NCBI RefSeq assembly: GCF_041956535.1
Contig: NW_027192191.1
Span: forward strand, 241,698-305,697
DNA length: 64,000 nt
Source of the DNA: Calcarisporiella thermophila CBS 279.70
Lineage: Eukaryota; Fungi; Calcarisporiellomycota
Reading direction: 5' to 3'
The translations under genes and the position numbers were made by a program. A model generated the notes under the pieces. The model saw nothing but the letters and a program-made list of their open reading frames with translations, was not told the origin of the DNA and ran no database searches. This document shows, piece after piece, positions 11,825 to 23,303 of this stretch (position 1 is its first letter; each line of letters starts with the position of its first letter).

Positions 11825-14541
11825 ATGAAGTTCTCGCATGCTTTGAAAATAAACTCGGTACCAGACTGGTCCGAACATTATGTCGCGTATCCTTTCTTTT
11901 GTCAATCCCAGAGTGGATTTAGCTTTATGGCACCTTTATACTGCAGGGCGTTCTCTCAATGGTCATTGTTATCCTTAACATCTCTTTTTCTCCTCTTTTT
12001 TTAGATACTCCAATCTCAAGAAGATCATATATCAACTAGAAAAAGATGTTCACAACCAGGCGCTGGCCCATACCGACGAAGAGCGTCAGGCACTAATTGC
12101 GGGTAGCGAAAGCCATGTTAATGCACTCTTTGTTCGCGCACTCGATGTGGAGCTCCAGAAATGTGTTAACTTCTACATCAAAAAAGAAAAAGAACTCTAC
12201 GTGCAACTCGAAGCACTCATTATGGATGTCGAATACATCGAGGCACAGGGCGAGGCATTGGGGCGAAGGCAATCTATGGCAGCATCAAACTCTCTTGGTG
12301 AGAGAGGTGGGTTCGCTAGGTCCCAGTCACAGGGTCTAAGTAGTAGTCTAGGGTCGGAAGAACACATAGATGACACGCTATCCCTTCAACCAAAATCTGG
12401 GAAAATTCGTAGGAGTAGTGCGGGAGGAGTAAGAATCAATTTGCCCTCAGGTTACGGGCTTGAGACATCGACAGCTTCACAAGCAGTAGACATACCTCCT
12501 AGGGTACGATATACGGAAGATTCGGACTCTGAAAATGCGCACACACCTCCGGGCGAACTTTCTTTCTATGGCCGCAATCTCTGGGACGATTACGAACGCT
12601 ATCAGCAGCGCCTAACATTCAAGCATCGGATCGTAGACCTATTTGTTCTTCTCTCCGAGCTCAAATCGTTTGTCAATCTGAACCTCCAAGCATTTTCCAA
12701 GATCCTTAAAAAATTCGACAAAATCACCGGCTCGAAACTCAAGTCCGTTTATTTAGAACAATCTGTCAACGTTGCATATCCTTTTCGTGCTGAAACAAAA
12801 GATCGGCTGAATGGGCAGGTTCAAAGGCTGGAGCAACTATACGCCCGTATCTGCACTGATAATGACGTGGATCAGGCTATTCGCGAGTTAAAGACACACT
12901 TGCGCGAACACATTGTAATGGAAAGAAACACCGTTTGGAGGGATATGATCAGTTTAGAGCGGCGATCACAAGCCCTAACGCCTCAGGACCCACTCAGTGC
13001 CGGAGCTGCAACCACAAAATTGGTAACGCCAATGGGAATGGTGTCCGTGCCAACTCGATATTTGCGTCAAGTGTTGCTACTTATCGCGTGTACGGCGGTG
13101 TTTTCTGTACTGTTGTATGTGCCGATTTTTAAGAAGGTCGAAGAGAATAATTGCTTCGCCCTACTCGTATTTGCATCGATCCTGTGGGCAACCGAGGTGA
13201 TACCTCTCTTTGTTACCTCCCTCCTGATCCCATTCCTCGTAGTCATTCTTCGTGTTATGCGCGATGTAGACGGCAAACACCACTATCGTCTCGACGCGCC
13301 AGAAGCAACAAGGCGCATTTTTGGAGCCATGTTTTCGCCTGTCATTATGTTGCTCTTGGGTGGCTTCGCAATTGCAGCAGCACTGAGCAAACACCACCTC
13401 GCCAAAATGCTAGCCACCTTTGTATTATCGAAAGCAGGGACACGACCCGGGAGTGTTCTCTTTGCAACGATGTTGGTCGCCACATTTTTGAGCATGTGGA
13501 TTAGTAACGTTGCGGCCCCTGTTTTGTGCTTTTCAATTATTCAAGTATGGCTTAGAATGCTTCTAAATCTATAATTCCACGTTGGTTTACTAACCGCATC
13601 GTTTCTTTTAATTTTCACAGCCCATATTAAGAACGCTCCCCCCCAACAGTTCCTTTGCCAAGTGTCTTATTCTAGGAATTGCTCTCGCCTCTAATGTCGG
13701 CGGAATGGCATCTCCAATCAGCTCTCCGCAGAATATAGTTGCCATTGCAAACATGAATCCCCCACCAGGGTGGTTGGAATGGTTCTTTGTCTCAATTCCG
13801 CTCTGTATCACAACTAACCTTTTGATATGGATGCTTCTTTTGTGGAGCTACCGCATCTCGGCGTCCACATCTGTGCACACCGTTCGGCCCACTCAAGATC
13901 CGATTAATCGGACTCAAGTGTTTGTGATCATGGTGACAATTTTAACCATATTCCTGTGGTGTATTGCGCGAAGATTGGCCCCAGTCTTTGGAGATATGGG
14001 TGTAATTGCTGTGGTGCCTTTGGTGTGCTTCTTTGGAACCGGTGTTCTAACGAAAGAGGACTTTAACAACTTTTTGTGGACCGTCATCATCCTTGCGATG
14101 GGAGGAATAGCCCTTGGGAAAGCAGTGGACTCGTCTGGGTTGCTGCACACCATAGCGGGCGGAATCAGTGGATTTGTCGGGGGATACGGATCCTTCGCCG
14201 TACTGAGCATTTTTGGAGCGCTTGTACTGGTGGTGGCGACATTTATCTCTCATACAGTTGCCGCACTGATTGTATTGCCTATTGTCGCCGAGGTTGGTAC
14301 TCGTATGCCGGATCCCCATGGACGTCTCCTTGTCATGGGCACCGCCCTTGTTTGCTCCGCGGCAATGGGACTCCCCGTAAGTGGGTTTCCAAATATGAAC
14401 GCGATTATGTTAGAGAATGAGATGGGAAAGGCATATTTATCGACGCGGGATTTCCTGAGAACAGGTGTTCCAGCCTCAGTTTTGGCGACTGCATTGGTCG
14501 TGACCATGGGATATGGTTTAATGGAACTGCTGGGATTTTAG
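11825..14541 (+). CDS. SPX-domain low-affinity phosphate transporter (Pho87/Pho90/Pho91, SLC13 family)
   Basis: Exon 1 'MKFSHALKINSVPDWSEHYVA|YSNLKK' (SPX), then 'LNLQAFSKILKKFDK', 'LSMWISNVAAP', 'GGMASPISSPQN' and 'GLPVSGFPN'. Exons 11825-11886, 12005-13545 and 13621-14541. Confidence 0.93.
11887..12004 (+). other. U12-type (minor spliceosome) GT-AG intron
   Basis: 5' splice site GTATCCTTT (11887-11895), branch site TCCTTAAC (11972-11979), AG at 12003-12004. Removal restores the SPX frame (GC|A TAC TCC). Confidence 0.88.
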
Positions 14542-14974
14542 TGATACATCCGCCTTGAAATTTTAAGTATCTCGTAATTCCCCATAAATCTCAGGATTTG
14601 GGTTATTTAGATCGTTTTTCTACCACCACTATCACCTCTTCTTTTTCGTATCTCTGAAGCTGGTGAACTCACAGCTCCTAGGTTATTTTTTCATACTTCG
14701 CCTCCTCCTGTAATTATTTCATGTTGATGAAAGGAAAAAACATTGAAAACTTAATAAAAGAGAATTAATAATTCGGTAAGGTTCCACAACTATGGATGAG
14801 ACTGAGCCACAGGAAATTTTTGACGTCTTCCAAGCTTGAAATTAAAGCTCCCCGAAAGGGAATTAAGACAGGCACTCTAAACACACTATTCCGGCGTTAT
14901 TATATTTGTTTTTTCTTGATTCATCTTTAAAATCTTGTGCACACCTTCTATAAAGTGAAGAGTTAATTGAATCA

Positions 14975-16149
14975 ATGTCCACTACTCGAAGACGCCCTCG
15001 GCCCACAAACGGTTCGGTTTCACCGCTTTATGCGGCAACAACGGTGTCTGCAACTAGCACACCGACAGAGGACAGAAAACGACGGAGAAAAGAAAGTGAG
15101 GATGAGGGAGAGGGATGGAGCGGCAATGGCAATGGTAAGATTACCAATGACTTGCTTGTTCTTTCCGATGCTAACCTATGTTTGAATGATGGGGCTCTCC
15201 TTCAAGGCTTGGATTCCCCTGCTACGGATGAGAGCAGTAAGGAAGATGATGACGAGACACGTAATCTAAAACGGGTGTATAGACTCACCAGCGGGCGGAT
15301 GAAAAGACTGAAGGACAAGTTCATCGATCTAAAGGACCAGTAATATCTACTATTTTTTAAGCTTCATTACTCCATCCATTGCGATAACGCCTCAAAATCT
15401 AATTTAGATTGTTCCTGGCCCAGCTGAAAGATCTCGAGCAGGAAAGCACAGAGTTGGAAAATGGGCAACACACAGGGCTAATCGAGCGACTACAAGGTGC
15501 AGAAGAACGATGTAAAAAAAGCTGCGAATTGGCAGAGGCCCGTTTTCGGGTGCGCCAGGACGCGGCTGAATCGCTGTATAAGGGTGAGGTGAAAAGGGCT
15601 CGGGATGATTTTTTGGTCAGTGGTTTCATCAACATACAGTTTACTTTACTTTATCCCATTTACTAATGTGTGGGGGGGTATATTTTTGCCTTTTAGACTA
15701 AAAAAGAGATGCTGCGACAAGAAATGATAGAGGAGCTGTTCGCTCGAGCAACGAAAATTCGGGACGAGTTAGAGATGGAGCTGACATACGTGCCTGGTCG
15801 GCGTCGCCAGAAAATAACAACTTTGAGCACACCAACGGGTTTACAAGAGAATGAAATCGAGATGGATTTACAGATCATCCGTGGTACTGCCTTTGCAACC
15901 CCCCTCCAGACGTTGGCTAGAACTACTACTTTCGAGGCTCATGCTAAGCCAATAGCGCAGCCGGAAGCTCAAATCTCGCTCCTGCCACCCTTGCAGCACC
16001 AACTCCCTCCACCACAAGTGCAATTGCCTCCACCTCAGCCTACCGTTTCTCCAGCTCCTCCTCCAATACACCATCTTCCCCCGCCTTCCCAACCACAACT
16101 CCCTACATCTTTACCCTCTCTATCCTCAATTACCGCGGCTATTTCACAC

Positions 16150-16181
<32 letters not shown>

Positions 16182-16302
16182 GCAGCAGCAGCAGCAGCAA
16201 ATGCTCTTACAGCAGCAACAAGAACAACTACCGCATAGAGAGGATGGATTCGTATATTATCATAGTTCTATGCCTTATTTCTATCATCATCAGGCTTATT
16301 AA
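14975..16302 (+). CDS. Sds3-like (Sin3/Rpd3 complex) coiled-coil protein with a Pro-rich, poly-Q tail
   Basis: 'RMKRLKDKFIDLKDQ|LFLAQLKDLEQE...' helical pattern resembles the Sds3 domain. Two GT-AG introns. Confidence 0.6.
16150..16200 (+). repeat. (CAA/CAG)17 poly-glutamine tract
   Basis: Read directly in the last exon of the Sds3-like gene. Confidence 0.9.
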
Positions 16303-16772
16303 GATCTATTAATTGGGACGCTTCTGATTATTATGTTTTTATCTGTAAAATACATTTTTCTTTTTTCTCTTTTCAACGATTGTTCTTTGTGCCAATTTTA
16401 CTTAGTTTGCTTTCTCATTTTTTTTAATTTATTATCATTGTGTTGTAAATGAGTGAAAAGGAGAAAAAAAACGACGATAATCGATTATTATTTCGCCTTC
16501 ATATATTCAGAACTTAAATTCCATAATCCCTAAAAATATCCTCCGCTGCATGAATTTGTGTGGCCACTGGACTTTTTAACTTAGAAAGGCATGTGGGCTT
16601 ATGCCTAACACACCACAGCCTCTTTATATATCTCCACACTTTTTAATTCTCCTTCAACTTTGATTAAGAAAACTCACAAGGTATAATAGACGGGAAGCCT
16701 CCAAAGGGCTACCATCCTTTTTGCCCTTCATACTTTCTACGTGCTATTGCTTAAGTTAGAGTTCAGCTGTCA

Positions 16773-18048
16773 ATGAGTATTGTCAGACACAGTGACCGCC
16801 ATTCCTCTCCAGCCTCACAGCTGCAAAATGAGCCGAGATATCTCGCGCAAGATTGTCTGACCTCTGGAAATTTCCTACAAGGCACTTACTTGGGCTCGCC
16901 AGGCTGGTAAATGCTCTAATATTGAATCTCAACTTGACAATGTATTTCAGCTCGCTTCCTAAACAGGAGTTTCGAAGCCGTTAGTTATGAAAGTACGTCC
17001 GCGGGTAATATTCCTCGCCAAATTTCGAGACCTACTCTGCCGACCCGAGGATCGACTCAATCGGCACTTTCCATCGCGCCTCCCGTTCCGCCCAAAAACT
17101 CGGAGGAGGAAATGGAGTCTCAATCCAATGTGACACGATACTCAACAACTTTGGCAAGTCAATTGGAAAATGCGCGTAAAGAATTGAGCGAATGGCGACA
17201 AAAATACCATGCACTCAATCAGGAGAAAGAAAATGAAATAAATGATTTGAAGAGTAGGTTACTTTTAATTTTTAAGTGAATACGAGAGTAAAGCATTAGC
17301 AGGAATGTTAATTAAATATGGTTTTCGTATTATCTAGGAAAGTATGCTCGGCTAGAGCGTGAATACACCATAGAGAGGAGCACCCTCTCTTTCGTACACC
17401 GAGAGTCAATGCAGGATTTAGACGCGAGAATCGAAGATTTACTGACAACAAATGAAGTTTTACGACGACAACTGCAAGAGCTTGGAGTTGAGCCCGCTAC
17501 AGCACTACCTCGAGAAATCAAACTAGAGGAGTCCCGTGAATTCTTGGAAGAGTCGGGTAGTGAAAAGTGCACTAGGTATTTCATTGAGAGAGAATATTCC
17601 AAAGCTATTCATGGGGGAAGAATATACTCGGAGGAGCGAGCACAATATTTAAATAGCATCCAAAATACCGTAGAGGTAGCTATCTGTTTTGATAACAATC
17701 CTTACCTGAATGTCATCTAATACCTATGCTCTTCTCTCCTATCTCTAGGAACTGACGGCACTTCTAGACACTGAAATGCACCAAATTCAGAGCATTTCTC
17801 ACTCTCAAAATCTTGATTTCCAGCTGGCGTCCAATATCAGTGTGGCCGAAGCCTGTTTAAAGAGTCCACCCCCCCCTCCTCCACACCGAACATCAAGTAC
17901 TCGGCCTGAAAGATCGCCTTCTTCTGCATCCTCTTCGAGCACCTCAACTCTTTTCTCTACTCCACCAACATCACCATATATCACTCTTGGGGAAAAGCAG
18001 CCCATCGTCGGATACACCTATGTTGATAACGCTGAAATGTATATGTAG
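16773..18048 (+). CDS. Hypothetical coiled-coil protein (4 exons)
   Basis: ATG at 16773. Introns at about 16907-16967, 17253-17337 and 17676-17748 join the frames through ORFs 17409 and 17776. Heptad-rich middle and Ser/Pro-rich tail. Confidence 0.55.
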
Positions 18049-18296
18049 TGAGGATATATACATCCATTATTCTTAACTTTAACAATTTACAACAATTTTG
18101 CCTAAGTATATTTAGTGTATACATTTTTTCACCCCCACAACTTGCATTCATTTTATTTTAAAGCACTCTTTTATAATGTGAATATCTCCAAATTCTTCTA
18201 TAGCCATTTTAAATATATATGTATAATGAAATAATTTTATAATTTATATTTGAATTTATTAAAAAAGTCGAAAAAAAACTCTAAAAGGAAAAACTT

Positions 18297-18873
18297 TTAT
18301 TCTTCATCTGCTGCCTCTTCATCGTTTTCAGATCGTGCCGCCAATGACTTATCAGCAACTGTTGATCCTCCTAGTTCATTCTTCAATCCATCATAAGGAT
18401 AAGTGCGGGGTATTACTGGAGAAACTGGATGGCTCTCTTTGATATTATAAGCAAACAAACCCACACCGGCAAAGAATAGCGATAGTTGGAAAAGAGCCTT
18501 GTAGGGATTATACTTGTGGAGGTCTGGAGACCAGATCGAAAGAATCTCATCTTCTTCATGGATCTAATATAGCAAATTTACCACCACATTAAGTAAGCAA
18601 AAAAAAAAAATAGCATAATTCCAACTAAAAGCTTACAGTCTCATTATAGTTACGACGCTCTTGCTCATCCCACCATCCGAATACCGGCTTCGTTTGCGCG
18701 TTCGTCCAAGGAAGGTCAGGGTAGTCCCCGATCTGTGCATCGGAAGAGGTCTTAGTTGGAGTCGTTGACTGGTGACGTGCGGCAACAGTGGGGGTGATGA
18801 AATTGCGCTGACGTGTCGCGATGCGACCGGCCAAATGGGCAGCTGATCGAAGTGACATGGCTGATTTTATCAT
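18297..18873 (-). CDS. NDUFB8: NADH:ubiquinone oxidoreductase subunit NDUFB8 (ASHI/NIAM)
   Basis: Presequence, then 'QIGDYPDLPWTNAQ...WWDEQERRNYNET|IHEEDEILSIWSPD', one TM helix and 'PRTYPYDGLKNELGG'. Confidence 0.88.
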
Positions 18874-19295
18874 TATCTTTGATTGAAAATTCAACAAGAG
18901 CTTATCCTACCCCCGAAGTATAAGAAAAACAAGTGGTGACGTAACCAACCCCTAGAGAGGTTTCAGCATTTCTGCAACTAGGTTTCAATTGTTAATTGAA
19001 CACAAAGTAATTAGTGGCGACCGATCTCACCCGCAATTTTTTTTTTTCGTAAAGCGGATTGCTTCAAATTTCATTATTTCCTCTTCTATTTTTTTTCGCA
19101 TTCTCCATTAAGTTTTTATATCTCTCCTGGCTAAGTTATTTTACATTCATTCCGGCACGAATTTTTTCTGTCTCTTTGTTGTTAAAGATAATTTATAAGG
19201 TGTGCATAATCCATACCATATCTCAACATTCAGCTACTGACCTTTATTGTACTTTTTATTTCAGTTAAATCCGAAAACAAAACTGGTTGCGAGGC

Positions 19296-20051
19296 ATGGC
19301 TGGACTTTTGCTGGCATCTCCCTTTATTTTATCCTTCACTCTCCTTATTTTCCAATTCTTAGTTGGAGTTTCCGGTATGCCCTTAAAAAAATCCCAAAAG
19401 CGCGGCATTCTGGATACACTCTTTGGAGGAAATGAGCGGCCCAAGGAGCCGAATCCCAATCAGCAACCCCCATCCAATAACAACAATCCATCCCCATCCG
19501 AGAATAACAATGGAAACAAGAATACATCACCTAACGTGGAGAAGCAGCAACCACCTCAAGATACCAAACCAAACCAACCCTCGAATCCTCAACAGAATGC
19601 ACAAACAAGTAATGCTCAAGCTCCGGACCTCCCCCCCATAACCTCGACCATTATAGTGCCCCCTCCGTCAGCAACTTCTGCAGCTGCGAAACCGACCTCT
19701 TCTGCCAATCAGAAGCTAACGAGTGGAACTATAACATCCACTCTTATTGTTCAGCCGTCGGCCGCTCCAAATTCTGAAATACCTGGAGCAGATCTTACCA
19801 ACCCGTCCCTCCCTCCCTCCGCTGCTGTTAAACCCCAGTCTCAGGACGATGGCAAGGGTCAATTGATGACTGCAGGCATTGCTATCGGGTGCGTTGTCGT
19901 TGCGGCGGCAATTGGAATTTGGGTATTTAGAAAATGGAAATTGTCTCCGTCTCGAAGCTTCAGAGAAAAGGTGTATGGGAATGATAGCCCTGGATGGTCA
20001 GCACGAAGCAAGGATATGGATAAGGAGTTTTTGAGGCAGCTAAGAGTGTGA
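19296..20051 (+). CDS. Type I membrane protein: signal peptide, N/P/S/T-rich ectodomain, one TM (Mid2/Wsc-like surface sensor)
   Basis: Hydrophobic N-terminus, KR dibasic site, low-complexity stalk, TM 'AGIAIGCVVVAAAIGIWVF' followed by 'RKWKLSPS'. Confidence 0.65.
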   Translation: MAGLLLASPFILSFTLLIFQFLVGVSGMPLKKSQKRGILDTLFGGNERPKEPNPNQQPPSNNNNPSPSENNNGNKNTSPNVEKQQPPQDTKPNQPSNPQQNAQTSNAQAPDLPPITSTIIVPPPSATSAAAKPTSSANQKLTSGTITSTLIVQPSAAPNSEIPGADLTNPSLPPSAAVKPQSQDDGKGQLMTAGIAIGCVVVAAAIGIWVFRKWKLSPSRSFREKVYGNDSPGWSARSKDMDKEFLRQLRV

Positions 20052-20950
20052 ATCCTTGAAGAGGAGTAGAGTTGTATAGTTCCTCTCTTTTGACCCACAA
20101 TTTGTATATTAACTTTATTCCCTGTGCTTTTTTTCACTACTCTGGGCTACTTTACTCTTTTCTCTTTTTCCATCATATTCTTAGCTTTGAATGTATGAAG
20201 TTTTCAGTAGGTGTTTCTTCATTGAAGGCGACATACATGGCGTGCTATTTTCCTCTCCCGTTTCTTGCATGTTTATTTTATTAGCATCCATTCAGTACCC
20301 AACCATTTGATATCTAACTTCAATATATATATATATACATCTACAACTCTATATTTTGTGCACATCAAACTAGATAAAAACGGATCACAAAGGAGATGGA
20401 GATTTCGTGTGCATTAAAAACAAAACCTGTATTCGCATTATCACGACTCGAATCACACTCGTTTTCAGGATAAATTTTTGGACCATCTCCGACATTGTCC
20501 TGAATGATAAACTCTACAAAGACCCCTCGTGATAACAACACCATCTCACTTTCATCAATGGCCCTCAAATACAATTCCAAGTGTTATAGCGTTTTATTCC
20601 GTCTGATCTATATGACTAGGCCATCCATTTCAGTAAACTTTATTTATCTATATACTGGTTTCGTCAAATCACATGAAGCAGGGAGATTGGTAAAACGGTT
20701 CATTAATTTAAACCAAATTGAAAATCTTTTCTTGAGGAGTTCGAATTTGGGTTTAGTGTAGTCAATGATTTTCCGATACTGGATACTTTGGAACATGAAC
20801 CGCTTTAAGAACGAGCACCATAGAGTTGTATAGGTAAAACCATATATTATTTTAATACAGGTGAAGAAACAGAATTGAACTAAATTATAAAGCCTTGGAA
20901 ATTTTGTAGTATCCAATACTAGCGATGAAGATTGTGAAATAGGAAGGAGT

Positions 20951-22883
20951 TTAGGAGGAGAAGAGTTTCTTTTCATACGAGTGCAGATTGTGTACACCGC
21001 CCTCGAGCTGCGCACTTGCAGTGCGTCTCTCGAAACGGACATTTCCAGCATAGACCTCCTCATTGAGCTCCTTGACGGATTTGACACCAATATCCTGGAA
21101 ACCATGCTTCACACCCGTGATAAGGTAGGGGATAAATCGACGAATACTTCCTTTATCGAGGACTGCACCAGTAACGCCCTGCGCGACCTTGACTTGGTCT
21201 TTCTCCGAGAAGTACCGTTTAGTGGCAGCGTTACCATCGCCCGAATCGCTCGTCTTCTCCATTGCGTCAAGTGAGCCCATGCCACGGTACTTCTTCAAGC
21301 GCTTGCCCTCGTGATAGAAGTAATCACCGGGCGCTTCACTCGTTCCAGCAAGCAAACCTCCCATCATGACTGCCGAAGCTCCAAGAGCCAAAGCTTTGAT
21401 GACATGGCCGACATTGGAAACGCCACCATCAGCAATGACGGGCACTCCAAAGCGTCTCGCGAAGAGAGCAACCTTGTAAACAGCAGTTCCTTGAGGGCGA
21501 CCAGAAGCCATCACCTCTTGCGTGATGCAGATACTTCCACTTCCCATACCCACACGCAGGGCGTCTGCGCCAGCGGCAATCAGATTGGCGGCTTGGGCCT
21601 GGGTCACGACATTCCCGGCAATAACTTGCAATTTATCGCCATACTTCTCCTTAATCCACTTGATCATTTCAATCTGGAAGATCGAGTTGCCTTGACTGGA
21701 GTCCAATACGACCACATCTAAGCCAGCCTCTACTAACATATCAAGCCTCAGCTTGTCATCTGGGCGGGTTCCGATAGCGGCACCGCAAAGCAGCTGCTTC
21801 GAGTCAGGGGCCTTGCTAGCGTGTGGGAAGATCTGGTTCTTCAATAAATCGGAGCGAGCGAGCAAAGATACGAGTTGTCCTGAGTTGTTGACGATTGGGA
21901 GTTTTCCTTTCTTGCTTGAGCGGAGGATTTGATTAGCCTCTTCCAGGGTAACGCCCTCGGGCGCCACAACTAGATCCTTGGTCATAATATCGCGCAGAGG
22001 AATTTGATCATCCTCAAGAAACTGGATATCACGGGCGGTAACAATGCCCACAAGCTTGCCCCCAAGTTTACCAGTTTCTAGAATGAAGGGATGTAGGTTA
22101 GCCATGTCCAGAGTAAGGTAACCAAAATAATCATAAAGTGGATGGGTCAGAAGTAAACAGTTCCACAAGGATGCCAAAAAGCAATTCCTTTCGGAAGAAC
22201 GAAAGTTATAAATGATATTTTGCTCATCATAACAGCGAAAAAACGTGAATTATGCTTAAGAAAGACTCACCTGTGATGGGAATACCGCAAAAGCCCATTT
22301 TTTCTTTGATAGCACGCACATCGGCAACCTTGTGGTCAGGAGAAAGAACTACTGGATCGGTGATGAATCCGTTCTCGAATTTCTAAGCATATGAAAATGG
22401 GCTTGAGAACTTTCTTATATATCCACTAGTTCAAAAATATATCTTACCTTGACTTTACGAACCATCATAGCTTGCTCTTCAGCTGAGCAATTGTGGTGAA
22501 TAATTCCGATACCACCCAGGAGCTATTATAATGTTAAAACTTGAGTTTGGGAATTCGCAAGATGCATATATCAATTGAGTACTTACAGCCATATTGATAG
22601 CCATATCCGCCTCCGTTACGGTGTCCATAGGACTTGACATGAATGGGGTCTTAAGCGCGATACGACGGGTAATTTTGGATTCGAGACTAACCTCATGAGC
22701 AGGAAAGTCAATATAGCCGGGGAGGATCAGAAAGTCATTATAGGTAAGGCCACCGAATTCGTTTTCACTGAAGAGCTCGTTAATGGCCAGGCCGTCCTTC
22801 TTTTGGATGGAAGCAAGGTAAGAGAGCGCTTCTGAAGCAGGAAGTATCTCCTCCGAGATTTTGCCGTTTTGCAAGTTGCTCAT
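20951..22883 (-). CDS. IMD: Inosine-5'-monophosphate dehydrogenase
   Basis: Motifs '[13 protein letters not shown]', 'SSPMDTVTE', a CBS pair, 'DSSQGNS', catalytic '[13 protein letters not shown]' and 'YRGMGS'. Four introns. Confidence 0.97.
22143..22234 (-). ncRNA. snR54: Intronic box C/D snoRNA, snR54/SNORD59-like (guides 2'-O-methylation at the 18S rRNA A974-equivalent)
   Basis: On the minus strand: box C ATGATGA (22230-22224); guide TAACTTTCGTTCTT (22208-22195), complementary to the conserved 18S sequence AAGAACGAAAGTTA; D' CCGA; box D CTGA (22150-22147). It lies in an unusually long IMPDH intron (22078-22270). Yeast snR54 is also hosted in an IMPDH (IMD4) intron. Confidence 0.85.
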
Positions 22884-23128
22884 TGGTAGGAAAAGGGAAA
22901 AGAGGAAGAGAAAATAGATAGGATTTTTTTTAAAGAAAAAAGAGGAGTATATAACAGATAAATTACAAAATGTAGTCGGGCAAACGAAGTGATATGTTCG
23001 TTGCCAGAAAAAAGAAGAGAAGTAAACAATACAGCAGAGATTTAAATAAGATTGCGGCATCGTTTCTATTGGTTGTTTGAATTTCTACGTAAATAAGGAC
23101 TGCTTTTGAAAATATCCGTAGAAAGTGA

Positions 23129-23147
23129 TGACGTTATGTCACGTGAC
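23129..23147. promoter_or_regulatory. CRE-like TGACGT and palindromic E-box GTCACGTGAC in the IMPDH/RPN2 bidirectional promoter
   Basis: Motifs read directly; they match ATF/CREB and Cbf1-type bHLH consensus sites. Confidence 0.45.
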
Positions 23148-23303
23148 AAGAGAGTAGGTGTACGTAACATATCTTATAATTTCTCGCGTCTCTTTACGAG
23201 AACCAAGGGGGTAGTTTACTTTTTTTAATCTTTGTTCGCGCGATTTCGTATACATTTTCTAAAATAAATTCCAAAAAAATCCTGCAGCAATACTCCTGTG
23301 ATC

